A stretch of DNA of 34,512 nt, from UHGV virus genome UHGV-0080856; one strand, given 5' to 3'. The notes beneath the pieces were generated by a model. It was not told the DNA's origin, ran no database searches, and saw only the letters and a program-made list of their open reading frames with translations. Every line of letters starts with the position of its first letter. Positions within the stretch are counted from its first letter, which is position 1. The stretch is from a virus. A program made the translations under genes and the position numbers. Positions 7,660 to 15,909 of the stretch are shown piece after piece.

Positions 7660-7790
7660 AGGAGGCGTTCTTTCTGAACGTTCAGCCCTTCGGGGCTGTG
7701 GATTAAAACGATCGCAAGATCATCCGGGCGGCAACGCCCATTTCCCTTAAAAAGGGGCGGTTTTTTTCGAAGCCGCCCCTTTTTTATTCC
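7660..7790 (+). ncRNA. Candidate small structured RNA: three consecutive tetraloop hairpins (UUCG, GCAA, GCAA) ending in an intrinsic terminator
   Basis: cagccc-UUCG-gggctg (7683-7698), gatc-GCAA-gatc (7710-7721), gggcg-GCAA-cgccc (7726-7739), then aaaaaggggcgg-tttttttcgaag-ccgccccttttttatt (7749-7788). No convincing ORF here (only 22- and 31-codon reading frames). Confidence 0.3.
7749..7785. terminator. Bidirectional rho-independent terminator (A-run, ggggcgg / ccgcccc stem, T-run)
   Basis: aaaaaggggcgg...ccgcccctttttt. The stop codon of the minus-strand zinc-ribbon gene overlaps the T-run. Confidence 0.65.
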
Positions 7791-8308
7791 GGGACGGATG
7801 GAGCCTCCAGGATCCGCCATCCGGCCCCCGTGCCTCTTCCCGATTTGCGGAAACGGGAGGCGGCGCAGGTCAAGAGTTTATAAATCTTTTTGCCTTCGGT
7901 TTCGCCAAAACGGGTGACCATGTACAGCTTGAGATTGCGCGCCGTTACCTCTTCTCCTTCCGGCGACTCCACGCGCCATACTTTGGCGTGGCAATTCGTC
8001 TCAAATTTCCCGGTCCTCGGATGCTTGCGAGGTCCCCAAACGCCACGATGACGGCAGGCCTCCAAAAACGCTGCGGACGTGATTTTTCTCCCTCGCTGGG
8101 CGCGGTTGGCGCACTCCGCAGAGCAGTATTGACGGCGCCACAGTTTTTGGGCCCGGAATACGTTCCCGCACACAGGGCATGTGAGCGTTTCCCAGGCCTC
8201 CGCATAGTGAGCCTGGAGGCAGGCCCGGGAACAGTACACGCTGTCGCGCTTGCCCGCGCGGGGAGGAACATCCTTGCCGCAGATAGGACATCGTTTCATA
8301 CGCCCCAC
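7784..8308 (-). CDS. Tandem FCS/YacG-like zinc-ribbon protein with an uncharacterised C-terminal domain (174 aa)
   Basis: Two repeats of C-P-x-C-G...Y-C-S-x-x-C (CPICGKDVPPRAGKRDSVYCSRAC and CPVCGNVFRAQKLWRRQYCSAEC). The C-x2-C...FCS-x2-C arrangement matches the YacG/MYM-type zinc finger pattern. C-terminal about 90 aa unknown. Confidence 0.55.
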   Translation of the reverse strand: MGRMKRCPICGKDVPPRAGKRDSVYCSRACLQAHYAEAWETLTCPVCGNVFRAQKLWRRQYCSAECANRAQRGRKITSAAFLEACRHRGVWGPRKHPRTGKFETNCHAKVWRVESPEGEEVTARNLKLYMVTRFGETEGKKIYKLLTCAASRFRKSGRGTGAGWRILEAPSVPE

Positions 8309-8351
8309 AGTTTGAAAAATGAGCGTTGCGAATCAAGAACAAACAACGCGC

Positions 8352-8381
8352 TTGAATTGGATATCCGTTGCCTCCTATAAT
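8352..8381 (+). promoter_or_regulatory. Sigma70-like promoter upstream of the packaging/late operon: TTGAAT-18 nt-TATAAT
   Basis: ttgaat 8352-8357, tataat 8376-8381. Divergent from the minus-strand zinc-ribbon gene. Confidence 0.45.
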
Positions 8382-8449
8382 AGAGCCGCAGGAAAAATAA
8401 ACCTATTACCAAAAGAAAACCGGGGCGGCCGAGCCTCTACACCGAAGAA

Positions 8450-8899
8450 TTGGCCGCCGAAATAGCCTCCCGCCTTGCCAACGGAGAAACCATGAAATCC
8501 ATCTGCTCCGATGACCACATGCCGGATGTTTTAACTGTCTGGAGATGGAGACACGAGCGGGAAGATTTTTGTAAACTCATTCAACGCGCGCGGGAAGCGC
8601 AGTCGGAAGCTATGATTGACGCCTGTCAGGAGCTGGCCGACGAAGCCGCGAAAGTCGCCCTTGACCCGGAATGCGGCTCCGCCTCCGTCGCCGCGAAGAA
8701 GCTCGCCATTGAAACCCGGCTGAAAGTCGCCGCCCGCTTCGCGCCGGAGAAATTCGGAGACCGGGTCCGCCAGGATGTCGCCGGCGTTCCCGGCGCGCCG
8801 CTGGAACGGAAAATCACGCTGGACCCCGATCAGCTAGCCCAGCTGCAGGAAGACGAGAAAACCGCGCTGGAAACCATCGCCGGCAAACTCCATCCCTAA
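8450..8899 (+). CDS. terS: Terminase small subunit (HTH type)
   Basis: N-terminal ...EIASRLANGETMKSICSDDHMPDVLTVWRWRHEREDFCKLIQRAREAQSEAMIDACQELADEA matches, from memory, the E-I-x-x-R-[LI]-A-x-G-E-[ST]-[LM]-[RK]-S-I-C...GMP...T-V-x-x-W TerS family located upstream of TerL. Start uncertain: the first canonical start is TTG 8450, and there is an ATG at 8492 with RBS ggaga. The conserved residues extend upstream to about 8400 with no canonical start codon. Confidence 0.6.
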   Translation: MAAEIASRLANGETMKSICSDDHMPDVLTVWRWRHEREDFCKLIQRAREAQSEAMIDACQELADEAAKVALDPECGSASVAAKKLAIETRLKVAARFAPEKFGDRVRQDVAGVPGAPLERKITLDPDQLAQLQEDEKTALETIAGKLHP

Positions 8900-8932
8900 C
8901 CCGTCAGGACACGAATCCCCGTCAGCTTCTTC

Positions 8933-10279
8933 TTGCGCCATATCCTCCGCCTTGACCCCTATCCATGGCAGGTGGAGTCCATCAAGGCGTTGTCCCTGGG
9001 TAAGCTGACCCTGGGAGGGAAAAGCGTGGCTCTGGTCGCTCCTAACGGATCCGGCAAGACAAGCAACTGCATCGCTCCCGCCATCCTGTACTTTCTCACC
9101 TGTTTTCCGCGGGGACAGGTCCCCGTTACGTCCTCATCGTGGATGCAGGTGGAAAAGCAGCTCTTTCCCGCGCTCCGCCGCTACATGGACAATCCTTTCT
9201 TTTCCGGCTGGACCTTCAACAAGACGGAGATCCGCACGCCGGAGGGAGGCTTTGCCGTGGGTTTCTCCACCGACAACGCGGGACGTGCGGAAGGATGGCA
9301 TCCAAAAATCTCGCCCGACGTGGATCCTGTCTTTTACGTCCTGGACGAGGCCAAAACCATTCCGGACTCCATCTTCACCGCCGTTTCCCGCTGCACGCTC
9401 TTTCACGCGTTCATCACCTCGTCGCCGGGCGCCGATTCCGGCACCTTCTACGACTGCTTTCACAAAAATTCATCGCTCTACTACAAAATCCGCGTCAAAT
9501 ACGAGGATTGCCCGCACATTGAAATCAACGACCCGGGCAAGGCCGAACGCCTGAAAAAAGAATATGGTGAGCAGTCCTCCTTCTACCGCTCGGCCATCCT
9601 TGGTGAATTCACCGACCTTGACGGACAATCCGTCATTTCCCGCCGCGCTCTCATGGAGCTGGTCAACAACCCGCCTCCCTTCCTGGACACCGGAGAGACC
9701 TGCGGCGGCTTCGACTTTGCCGCGGGAGGCGATGAAAACGTCTTTGCGGCCGGGCAGGGCAACCGTTTTTTCATCGCCGACCACTGGTCCGACCCGGACA
9801 CCGTAGGAGCGCGCGGACGTTTCCGCCGGAAGGCCGCCGAACTCGGCATCTCTGCCGACCGCATCTTTGCCGACGGCGACGGCCTGGGGCTCCCCATCAT
9901 TGACGACTTCCGCGCCGAGGGTTTTCCGGTGCACTCCTACCGGGGTGGTTTCCCGGCGGATGACACGCAAGCTTTTGTCAACCTGCGCGCCCAGGCATGG
10001 CGGGCTCTCGCCCGCGCCATCGAAGAAAAAGAACTCATCCTCGACATTGACGAGGACACGATTGAACAGCTGGTCGCGCCGCGGCTCCAGACGGATGCAA
10101 TAGGCCGCGTCCGCATCGAAAGCAAGGAAGATATGGCAAGGCGCGGCGTTCGCTCCCCCGACCGCGCCGACGCTCTCGTGATGGCCTGGCACGCGCGACG
10201 GAACAGCGGACTGGCGCGGACGCTGGGAGCCTGGTACGCCCGACCCGTGTCATCAAAACGCGCTTACGGGAGATATTAG
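8933..10279 (+). CDS. terL: Terminase large subunit (ATPase plus nuclease)
   Basis: PWQ motif, Walker A ALVAPNGSGKT, Walker B FYVLDEA. Nuclease-domain acidic motifs (FDFAAGGDENVFAAG, ADGDGLG). Start is probably TTG 8933; no ATG near. Confidence 0.85.
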   Translation: MRHILRLDPYPWQVESIKALSLGKLTLGGKSVALVAPNGSGKTSNCIAPAILYFLTCFPRGQVPVTSSSWMQVEKQLFPALRRYMDNPFFSGWTFNKTEIRTPEGGFAVGFSTDNAGRAEGWHPKISPDVDPVFYVLDEAKTIPDSIFTAVSRCTLFHAFITSSPGADSGTFYDCFHKNSSLYYKIRVKYEDCPHIEINDPGKAERLKKEYGEQSSFYRSAILGEFTDLDGQSVISRRALMELVNNPPPFLDTGETCGGFDFAAGGDENVFAAGQGNRFFIADHWSDPDTVGARGRFRRKAAELGISADRIFADGDGLGLPIIDDFRAEGFPVHSYRGGFPADDTQAFVNLRAQAWRALARAIEEKELILDIDEDTIEQLVAPRLQTDAIGRVRIESKEDMARRGVRSPDRADALVMAWHARRNSGLARTLGAWYARPVSSKRAYGRY

Positions 10280-10281
10280 GG

Positions 10282-10320
10282 TTGACAACATATCAAGATA
10301 TCAATATATGACGATATGTA
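10282..10320 (+). promoter_or_regulatory. Promoter-like element (TTGACA-17-TATATG) with embedded inverted repeat ACATATC...GATATGT and GATATC motifs, between terL and the portal gene
   Basis: ttgaca 10282-10287, tatatg 10305-10310. acatatc (10288-10294) pairs with gatatgt (10313-10319). gatatc at the centre. Confidence 0.35.
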
Positions 10321-10332
10321 AGCAATCGCAGG

Positions 10333-11781
10333 GTGGTGAAACGGTATCACGCGGGGTTCCTGTCCCCGAATCGAAGGTCCAACTCCTTCCCCTGCAACCA
10401 CCTTTTCTTTAGCCTCAGGTTTAACGCCGTCAAAAATATCCTCAACGCCCCGAAGCTGGTAGCCCAACAGGAGACCAGAATCAAGGAGCTTGAAACGGAC
10501 CTGGCCCGGCGAGCGTTGACGGAACAGAGCCGGAAGCCTAACCAGCCTCAATGGTACGAATATTGGGACCCGTTACAGGGCGCCGACCTGCAAACCCTGA
10601 TTGACGCCCGGAACGAAGCGCGGCGTGGAGCCTTTGCCCGCCAAATGCTCATTTGGGACGAGGTCATCTACTCGGACGGCTTGATGGGCATGCTCTATTC
10701 CCGGCTCATTGAAAGCGTCTCCATGCAGGGATGGAAGATTGACGCCGCGGACGACAGCCCGGAAGCGCAGCGTCAGAAAACCTCGCTGGAAGAATTCTAT
10801 CACTCCGTCACCGGACTTCAACAGGCTTTCGGGCAGCTGGCTTCCGCCATGTTTTACGGTTACGCCCACCTCCAATACATTGAGGACGCCTGGGGCCGCC
10901 GCTTTGAATTCATCCCCCAACGCTATTGGGTACGGCCCGGAGAGTTGAATGAATGGCAGTTTAACCCTCAATGTTACATCGGCGTCGACACCGGCGAAAG
11001 TGTGGAAGAAGAAACGCTCGTCGTCATGGAGCACAGGAATCCCATTCTCTTTCCTGCTACCCGCGCCTCCTTTGAGCGTAACCATGCCAAAGTCACGTGG
11101 GACAATCACATGGACCGCTACGGAAGCGCCCCTGCCATCATCACGGCTCCCAAAGACGCGAGCGCCGCCGTCATGGACGCGCTGGAACGGGCCTGTGAGC
11201 AGCTTAAATCGGGCGCCTCCATCGTGCTTCCTCCCGGCTGCACCGCGGAACCGTTGAAAGCCTCCAACATCAACGAAAACTATTTCCTATCCCGCATCAA
11301 CATGTCCGACAAGGACCAGGTGCGGTTTGTGATGGCCGGCACCCTGACCGTTCTGAATGAATCAGGATCCGGCACGCTGGCCGGGGGAGCGCACACGGAT
11401 AGCTGGAATTCGGTCGTCTCCGCGGTCTGTTCCAAGGTCGCCGAAGCTTTTAACGCCGCCATCAGCCCGCTTGTCCTGGGAGACGGCGAACCGCTGGCCC
11501 GCCTCCACATCACTTTTGACACCGTCCAGACCCCGCTGCAGAAAGCCGAGGAAATCGCCGCGCTTGCCGACGGAGGCGTCCGCCCCGAGAAGACCGAGAT
11601 TGAAGAAAAGATCGGCATGTCGATCGAGGACACGCAGGACCCCGTTCCGGTGACGGCGGCGGCCAACAGGGAACCGGAAAAAGCACTCATTCCGCCCGAT
11701 GCTTATGAACAGCTTCAGCAAATGATTTACGCCGGACTCATGAAAGGATTTACCGATGATCAGCACGAAACAAATCAATGA
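10333..11781 (+). CDS. Putative portal protein
   Basis: 482-aa ORF immediately after terL and before the protease/scaffold gene. Size and position are typical of a portal. GTG start assumed. Confidence 0.55.
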   Translation: MVKRYHAGFLSPNRRSNSFPCNHLFFSLRFNAVKNILNAPKLVAQQETRIKELETDLARRALTEQSRKPNQPQWYEYWDPLQGADLQTLIDARNEARRGAFARQMLIWDEVIYSDGLMGMLYSRLIESVSMQGWKIDAADDSPEAQRQKTSLEEFYHSVTGLQQAFGQLASAMFYGYAHLQYIEDAWGRRFEFIPQRYWVRPGELNEWQFNPQCYIGVDTGESVEEETLVVMEHRNPILFPATRASFERNHAKVTWDNHMDRYGSAPAIITAPKDASAAVMDALERACEQLKSGASIVLPPGCTAEPLKASNINENYFLSRINMSDKDQVRFVMAGTLTVLNESGSGTLAGGAHTDSWNSVVSAVCSKVAEAFNAAISPLVLGDGEPLARLHITFDTVQTPLQKAEEIAALADGGVRPEKTEIEEKIGMSIEDTQDPVPVTAAANREPEKALIPPDAYEQLQQMIYAGLMKGFTDDQHETNQ

Positions 11782-12868
11782 CCTGTCCCGACCCGCCAAC
11801 GGCTGGTTCCACGTTGAGAAAAGCGGAGACCATGACGTTGACTACGGCGAGGGTCCCGCCGTGTTGCGCATCGACGAGCAGGCGATCCGGGACATGGTGG
11901 ACGACTTCAACGCCCGCACCTTTGACGGCCCGGGCATGCTCATCGACGGCGACCACCTGAGCCACGACCTTTCCCGCGATACTCGGGCCCTCGGATGGCT
12001 CAAGAGGCTGGACACCTACCGCGACCCTTCCGGCACGCTGGAACTCTACGGGTTCATCGAATGGACGCCGCGCGGCCTGAAGATGCTGCAGGACAAGGAA
12101 TACACGCAATCATCCACCGAATATGGCGAAGGCATGACTTTGACGGACGGCGTCTACCGCCCGTCGCGTCTGACCGGCTTCGCTCTGACCAACCGGCCGC
12201 GCATCAAGGGAAAGCGGCCTCTGGTCAACCGACAGACTTCCCCCGCCTCCGACGAGGCCGGGGGCGACCCCAAAAGCCCCGAAGAGGGGGAAACAACCCA
12301 GAAAACCAATATGGAAAACGACGATAGAGAATATCCGTCCAAGGAGATGGACAAGGCCCAGCGGGCCCTGTTCGACTCCCTGCTTGACAAGCTGGATGTC
12401 GAATTTGACGGCACCGACGACATGAGCAGGGCGATCCTCGGACGCCTTGATGAACTGCTCTCGCTGGAAAAGCGTGAGAAAGACCACGTGAACGCCGAAG
12501 TGGACGACGCCGTCAGCACGTACGAAAACGCGCTGGACGAGGAAGAACGCGAGGAATTCACGGAAGAACGCCGGGAAGAGCTGAAAAACTCTCTCCGGGA
12601 AAGCCCCGCCGCGCTGAACGCTTTTATCCGTGCGCTCAACCGCCAGACTCCGCCCAAAAAACCGGATCAGGAGGAAAAGAAGGAACTGCCGAAAAGGACG
12701 CCTCTGAACCGCCGCGCGACGCTGAATCCCCCTGACCCATTCCGCAAGAAGGAATCCATTGACGGATTCAACAACCGCGTCAACGAACTGATCAAGGACG
12801 GCATGAAGCGCTATGACGCCTACCAGAAAGCGACCGAAGAAGGCTTCATCGTCTCCGCCAACCGATAA
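11756..12868 (+). CDS. Head maturation protease/scaffold, Mu gpI-like
   Basis: PANGWFHV...GPAVLRIDEQAIRDMVDDFN...IDGDHLSH...ALGWLKRLD...EWTPRG resembles the Mu-like prophage I protein family from memory. Acidic coiled C-terminal half typical of scaffold. Confidence 0.6.
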   Translation: MISTKQINDLSRPANGWFHVEKSGDHDVDYGEGPAVLRIDEQAIRDMVDDFNARTFDGPGMLIDGDHLSHDLSRDTRALGWLKRLDTYRDPSGTLELYGFIEWTPRGLKMLQDKEYTQSSTEYGEGMTLTDGVYRPSRLTGFALTNRPRIKGKRPLVNRQTSPASDEAGGDPKSPEEGETTQKTNMENDDREYPSKEMDKAQRALFDSLLDKLDVEFDGTDDMSRAILGRLDELLSLEKREKDHVNAEVDDAVSTYENALDEEEREEFTEERREELKNSLRESPAALNAFIRALNRQTPPKKPDQEEKKELPKRTPLNRRATLNPPDPFRKKESIDGFNNRVNELIKDGMKRYDAYQKATEEGFIVSANR

Positions 12869-12886
12869 CTTAACCCATATCAACCA

Positions 12887-13318
12887 ATGCCATCACTCAA
12901 CGTAACCCAGAAAAGCGCCATCGTCTATTTCAACGCCCCTGAAGGCGTTGACCTGTGCGGACAGGAAGGAACCGTCGTGGCGCTGACCGCCAATCCTGAC
13001 ATCCCCGAATTTGTCGGAACTCCGTTGTCCGCCATCCCCACGCAGACGCAGCTGCTCGGCGTCGTCCTGCAGGGACAGCCCAACAAGGGAACCTGCGTCG
13101 CCGCGCTCGTCGGAATGTATGCCGGCCTGATCAAGGCGGCTCTATCCGACACGCCCGGAACCATCAACGCCGGAACGCCCGTCACCATCACGGCCAACGG
13201 GACATGGAAGGCCGCCGCCAGCGGCGACACCGTCTATGCCCGCGTTATTCATGCCCAGTGGGAACAGGGCCTTGTGGAAATCGGCTTCGTTCCGTCCTAC
13301 CAGGTCGCCGCAGCCTAA
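12887..13318 (+). CDS. Small Gly/Val/Ala-rich head protein (decoration-like or DUF2190-like), 143 aa
   Basis: Sits between the scaffold/protease and major capsid genes. Composition (VGMYAGLIKAALSD...TINAGTPVTITANGTW) is typical of small beta-rich head accessory proteins. Confidence 0.4.
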   Translation: MPSLNVTQKSAIVYFNAPEGVDLCGQEGTVVALTANPDIPEFVGTPLSAIPTQTQLLGVVLQGQPNKGTCVAALVGMYAGLIKAALSDTPGTINAGTPVTITANGTWKAAASGDTVYARVIHAQWEQGLVEIGFVPSYQVAAA

Positions 13319-13538
13319 CTATTAACCCCAACCAACAGAAAGACCAAGAACAAGGGCTACTCCATTTTGCTCCGCCGTTCAGTTCACCGATGTCCTGACC
13401 TCCTATTCCGCGGGGTCCGGGAACACCGAAGAGAACTCCATCATCAGCCGCATCGCTCCGATCGTCCCGGTCTATGACCTGAATTTCCAGTACAAGGTCT
13501 GGGACACGGAATCGGCCTTCACCGTCCAGCCCATCCAG

Positions 13539-14279
13539 GTGGGGCCGGGCGAACCTCCCCGCCAGACCGTCCTGCGCGGAAGAAACGAAACCGACACCCT
13601 TCAGGGCTACGGCTTGACGCTGCCCATCCCTGACGCCTTGCTGGGCGTCAACCGGGAAAAGGCGCAGGCCATCACCCTAGCGGAATACAAACTCATCGAA
13701 TCGCAGTTCGTCACTTCGTACGAATACGAACGCGCCAAGCTTCTGATGAGCCAGCTTCCGGCCGCTTCCGGCATGGGTGACTGGGCCAACCAGCAGAAAA
13801 ACCCGTTGGCGGACCTGGACAAGGCAATCCTGTCCATCAATGCCGCAACCGGACACATGCCGAACACGATTGTCTTCGGCATCAACGCATGGCAGCTGCT
13901 TCGCTCCAACACGCTCGCGCGTCAGGTGGTTTCCTTCAACAGCGTCGGCCTGTTCAACGAAGACCTTCTTCGCATGGCTCTGATCCGTCCTATCCGGGAT
14001 ATTTACATCGCGTCCATGCCGTACCGCGACGCTTCCGGCGACGCGAAAACCATCATGGAAAACGAAGTCTATGTCCTGTACAAGGAAGACTCCCCGACGC
14101 AGTTCGACGCCTCCGCCGTCAAGACCTTCGGTCTTTCCGGCAAGCTTCGCCGAGAAGTCATTACCGAATACAAGCCGACGCCGGCCTTGACGCTCGTCAC
14201 AAACCGCGTCTACTCGCTGACCAAGTTGACGAACCCCAGCGCCATCGTCCGCATCGACGCGACGGCCACCGGCGATTAA
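13539..14279 (+). CDS. Major capsid protein (HK97 fold, lambda gpE-like). The ORF is open and protein-like back to 13326, so the true N-terminus is probably upstream
   Basis: Segment TIVFGINAWQLLRSNTLARQ resembles the lambda gpE region IVFDPKGWALFRS from memory. First canonical start is GTG 13539 (246 aa). The frame stays open from 13326 (318 aa, closer to gpE size) but with no ATG/GTG/TTG. Confidence 0.6.
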   Translation: MGPGEPPRQTVLRGRNETDTLQGYGLTLPIPDALLGVNREKAQAITLAEYKLIESQFVTSYEYERAKLLMSQLPAASGMGDWANQQKNPLADLDKAILSINAATGHMPNTIVFGINAWQLLRSNTLARQVVSFNSVGLFNEDLLRMALIRPIRDIYIASMPYRDASGDAKTIMENEVYVLYKEDSPTQFDASAVKTFGLSGKLRREVITEYKPTPALTLVTNRVYSLTKLTNPSAIVRIDATATGD

Positions 14280-14299
14280 CCCTAACGCCCGCCTCCATC

Positions 14300-14776
14300 A
14301 TGTCCGCCTTTCCTGCCTGGTCCACGATTTCCACCGACGAAGCCGATCGGCTGCTCGGTCTCAACACCGCCGAACGCGATGCCCTGGTAACAGCCGGGGA
14401 ACAGCGCAGCCTGGACTACCGGGATGTCATGATGGAGGCGGTCAACGATGTCTGCATGACCATCCGCGGGGCGCTGGCCAACAACCTCGCCCTGCGGCAA
14501 TCGCTCCAGAACAGCGGCATGTACGACATTCCGCAAAGCATGCGGTCCCTGGCATGGCCGCTGATCATCCGGCAGCTCTACCTGCGCTACCAGCTTAACC
14601 TGACCGAGACGCGCCAGAAGGCCGCCGAATCGGCGGACGCGATGCTGGCGCTCTACGCCAAAGGGGACATGCTGCCGGAAAGCGTGGACGGCTCCGCGCC
14701 CGCGGATCCCGCCTACATGATGCCGCGCTACACGCGCCGCCCCTGGTTCAACCCCATGCGAAGCACCTACCGATGA
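14300..14776 (+). CDS. Hypothetical head-completion/connector-position protein (158 aa)
   Basis: ATG 14300 (MSAFPAWSTISTDEADRLLG...) immediately after the capsid gene. Confidence 0.5.
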   Translation: MSAFPAWSTISTDEADRLLGLNTAERDALVTAGEQRSLDYRDVMMEAVNDVCMTIRGALANNLALRQSLQNSGMYDIPQSMRSLAWPLIIRQLYLRYQLNLTETRQKAAESADAMLALYAKGDMLPESVDGSAPADPAYMMPRYTRRPWFNPMRSTYR

Positions 14777-15909
14777 TGACCGCCGCCCAAATGGAGATGA
14801 TCGCCAACGACTACGCCGAACGCGCCTTCTTCGTGTCCGGGGTGGAACCCGGCGTCATCCTGTCCGATTTTGAGGACAAGGCGTCCCAGGTCGCCTCGGG
14901 GGCCTTGAGCTACGAGGAAGCGCAGCGGGCCATCCGCGAAGCCCTGCGCCAGCAGGGCTACCGCCCCCCGGCGACGGGGCAGGGAGGCATTCAGGATTTG
15001 TCCTCATGGGTCCGCATCCAGGTCGTCATGGAAACTAACGCGGCCATGGCTCACGGCTACCGGAACTGGTATAACTGGATGCAGGACGAAGACACGGCCG
15101 CCTTCAAATTTTACCGCTCCCAGGGGCGGGAAGACCCGCGCTATTGGGCCGAACGCTGGAACCGTGCCCGGGCCGGGCTGGAAGAAGAAGCCACGGAAGC
15201 GGTATCATCCGGCTTCATCCGCGGGGAAATCGTCGGCTATGCGCTGGCGGCCTCCGATATCTGGATCCGCCTTTCGCGCTTTGGCACGCCTTACCCGCCC
15301 TTTGACTACCTGTCCGGCATGAACATTGCCCCCGTGGGCGCCGAAGAAGCCCGCGCGGCCGGGCTGGCCGTGTCGCGCGTCCGTCCCGCTCCCCCCAGCT
15401 TCAACGCAACCTTGGAAAGCAACGCCAAAGGCGTGACGGAATCCAACAGGAACAAGATCCGCCGCATCCTGAAAGACGCCGTGCGCGTCAAGACCGGGAA
15501 CGACGGCAATACCACCTTTGCCTACACGGACCCGAACGGCACGCGCCCTTACACGGACGCGGAACTGGCGGACGTCCTGTCCGGGGATTTCCCGGAAGAG
15601 ATCCCCTTGCGCCAGGCCCAGGCCTTCAGCCTGGCGGCAGCCGGGGGAGCCGTGGCCGGAACGCTGGCGGCCCTCTACCTGGACCGTCTGCTGGACCGCC
15701 TGTCCTCCGAGCCGGAAGGCGTCTGGTACGCCCGGCCCGCAGACGTGGCCGCCGCGACCTCCCGCCAGTATATCCCCGTTTCCCCAAAGGAAGAGGGGGA
15801 ATTCACCTGGCGCCTTAATTCCGGGCACGTCAAGAAAGTGGAAGACGTTGCCGGAGCCCTCCGCGTGGAACTGCCTACCCCTTACGTTTTACCCTCCAAA
15901 TGGCTGTAA
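14773..15909 (+). CDS. Hypothetical virion structural protein (378 aa)
   Basis: ATGATGA-coupled start. Lies in the structural operon. Confidence 0.5.
   Translation: MMTAAQMEMIANDYAERAFFVSGVEPGVILSDFEDKASQVASGALSYEEAQRAIREALRQQGYRPPATGQGGIQDLSSWVRIQVVMETNAAMAHGYRNWYNWMQDEDTAAFKFYRSQGREDPRYWAERWNRARAGLEEEATEAVSSGFIRGEIVGYALAASDIWIRLSRFGTPYPPFDYLSGMNIAPVGAEEARAAGLAVSRVRPAPPSFNATLESNAKGVTESNRNKIRRILKDAVRVKTGNDGNTTFAYTDPNGTRPYTDAELADVLSGDFPEEIPLRQAQAFSLAAAGGAVAGTLAALYLDRLLDRLSSEPEGVWYARPADVAAATSRQYIPVSPKEEGEFTWRLNSGHVKKVEDVAGALRVELPTPYVLPSKWL

Noticed and set aside
7578-7820. 80-aa minus-strand ORF, and two tiny + strand ORFs (ATG 7608, 22 codons; ATG 7651, 31 codons), in the hairpin-rich region
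   Set aside because: The translations are low-complexity and lack RBS support. The region is better explained as a promoter/operator plus a structured RNA and terminator.
8897-8935. terS and terL lie in the same reading frame, separated by a single TAA and 11 sense codons. Possible stop-codon readthrough fusion
   Set aside because: There is no readthrough context or slippery sequence, and the chance of same-frame placement is 1 in 3. Noted only as a curiosity.
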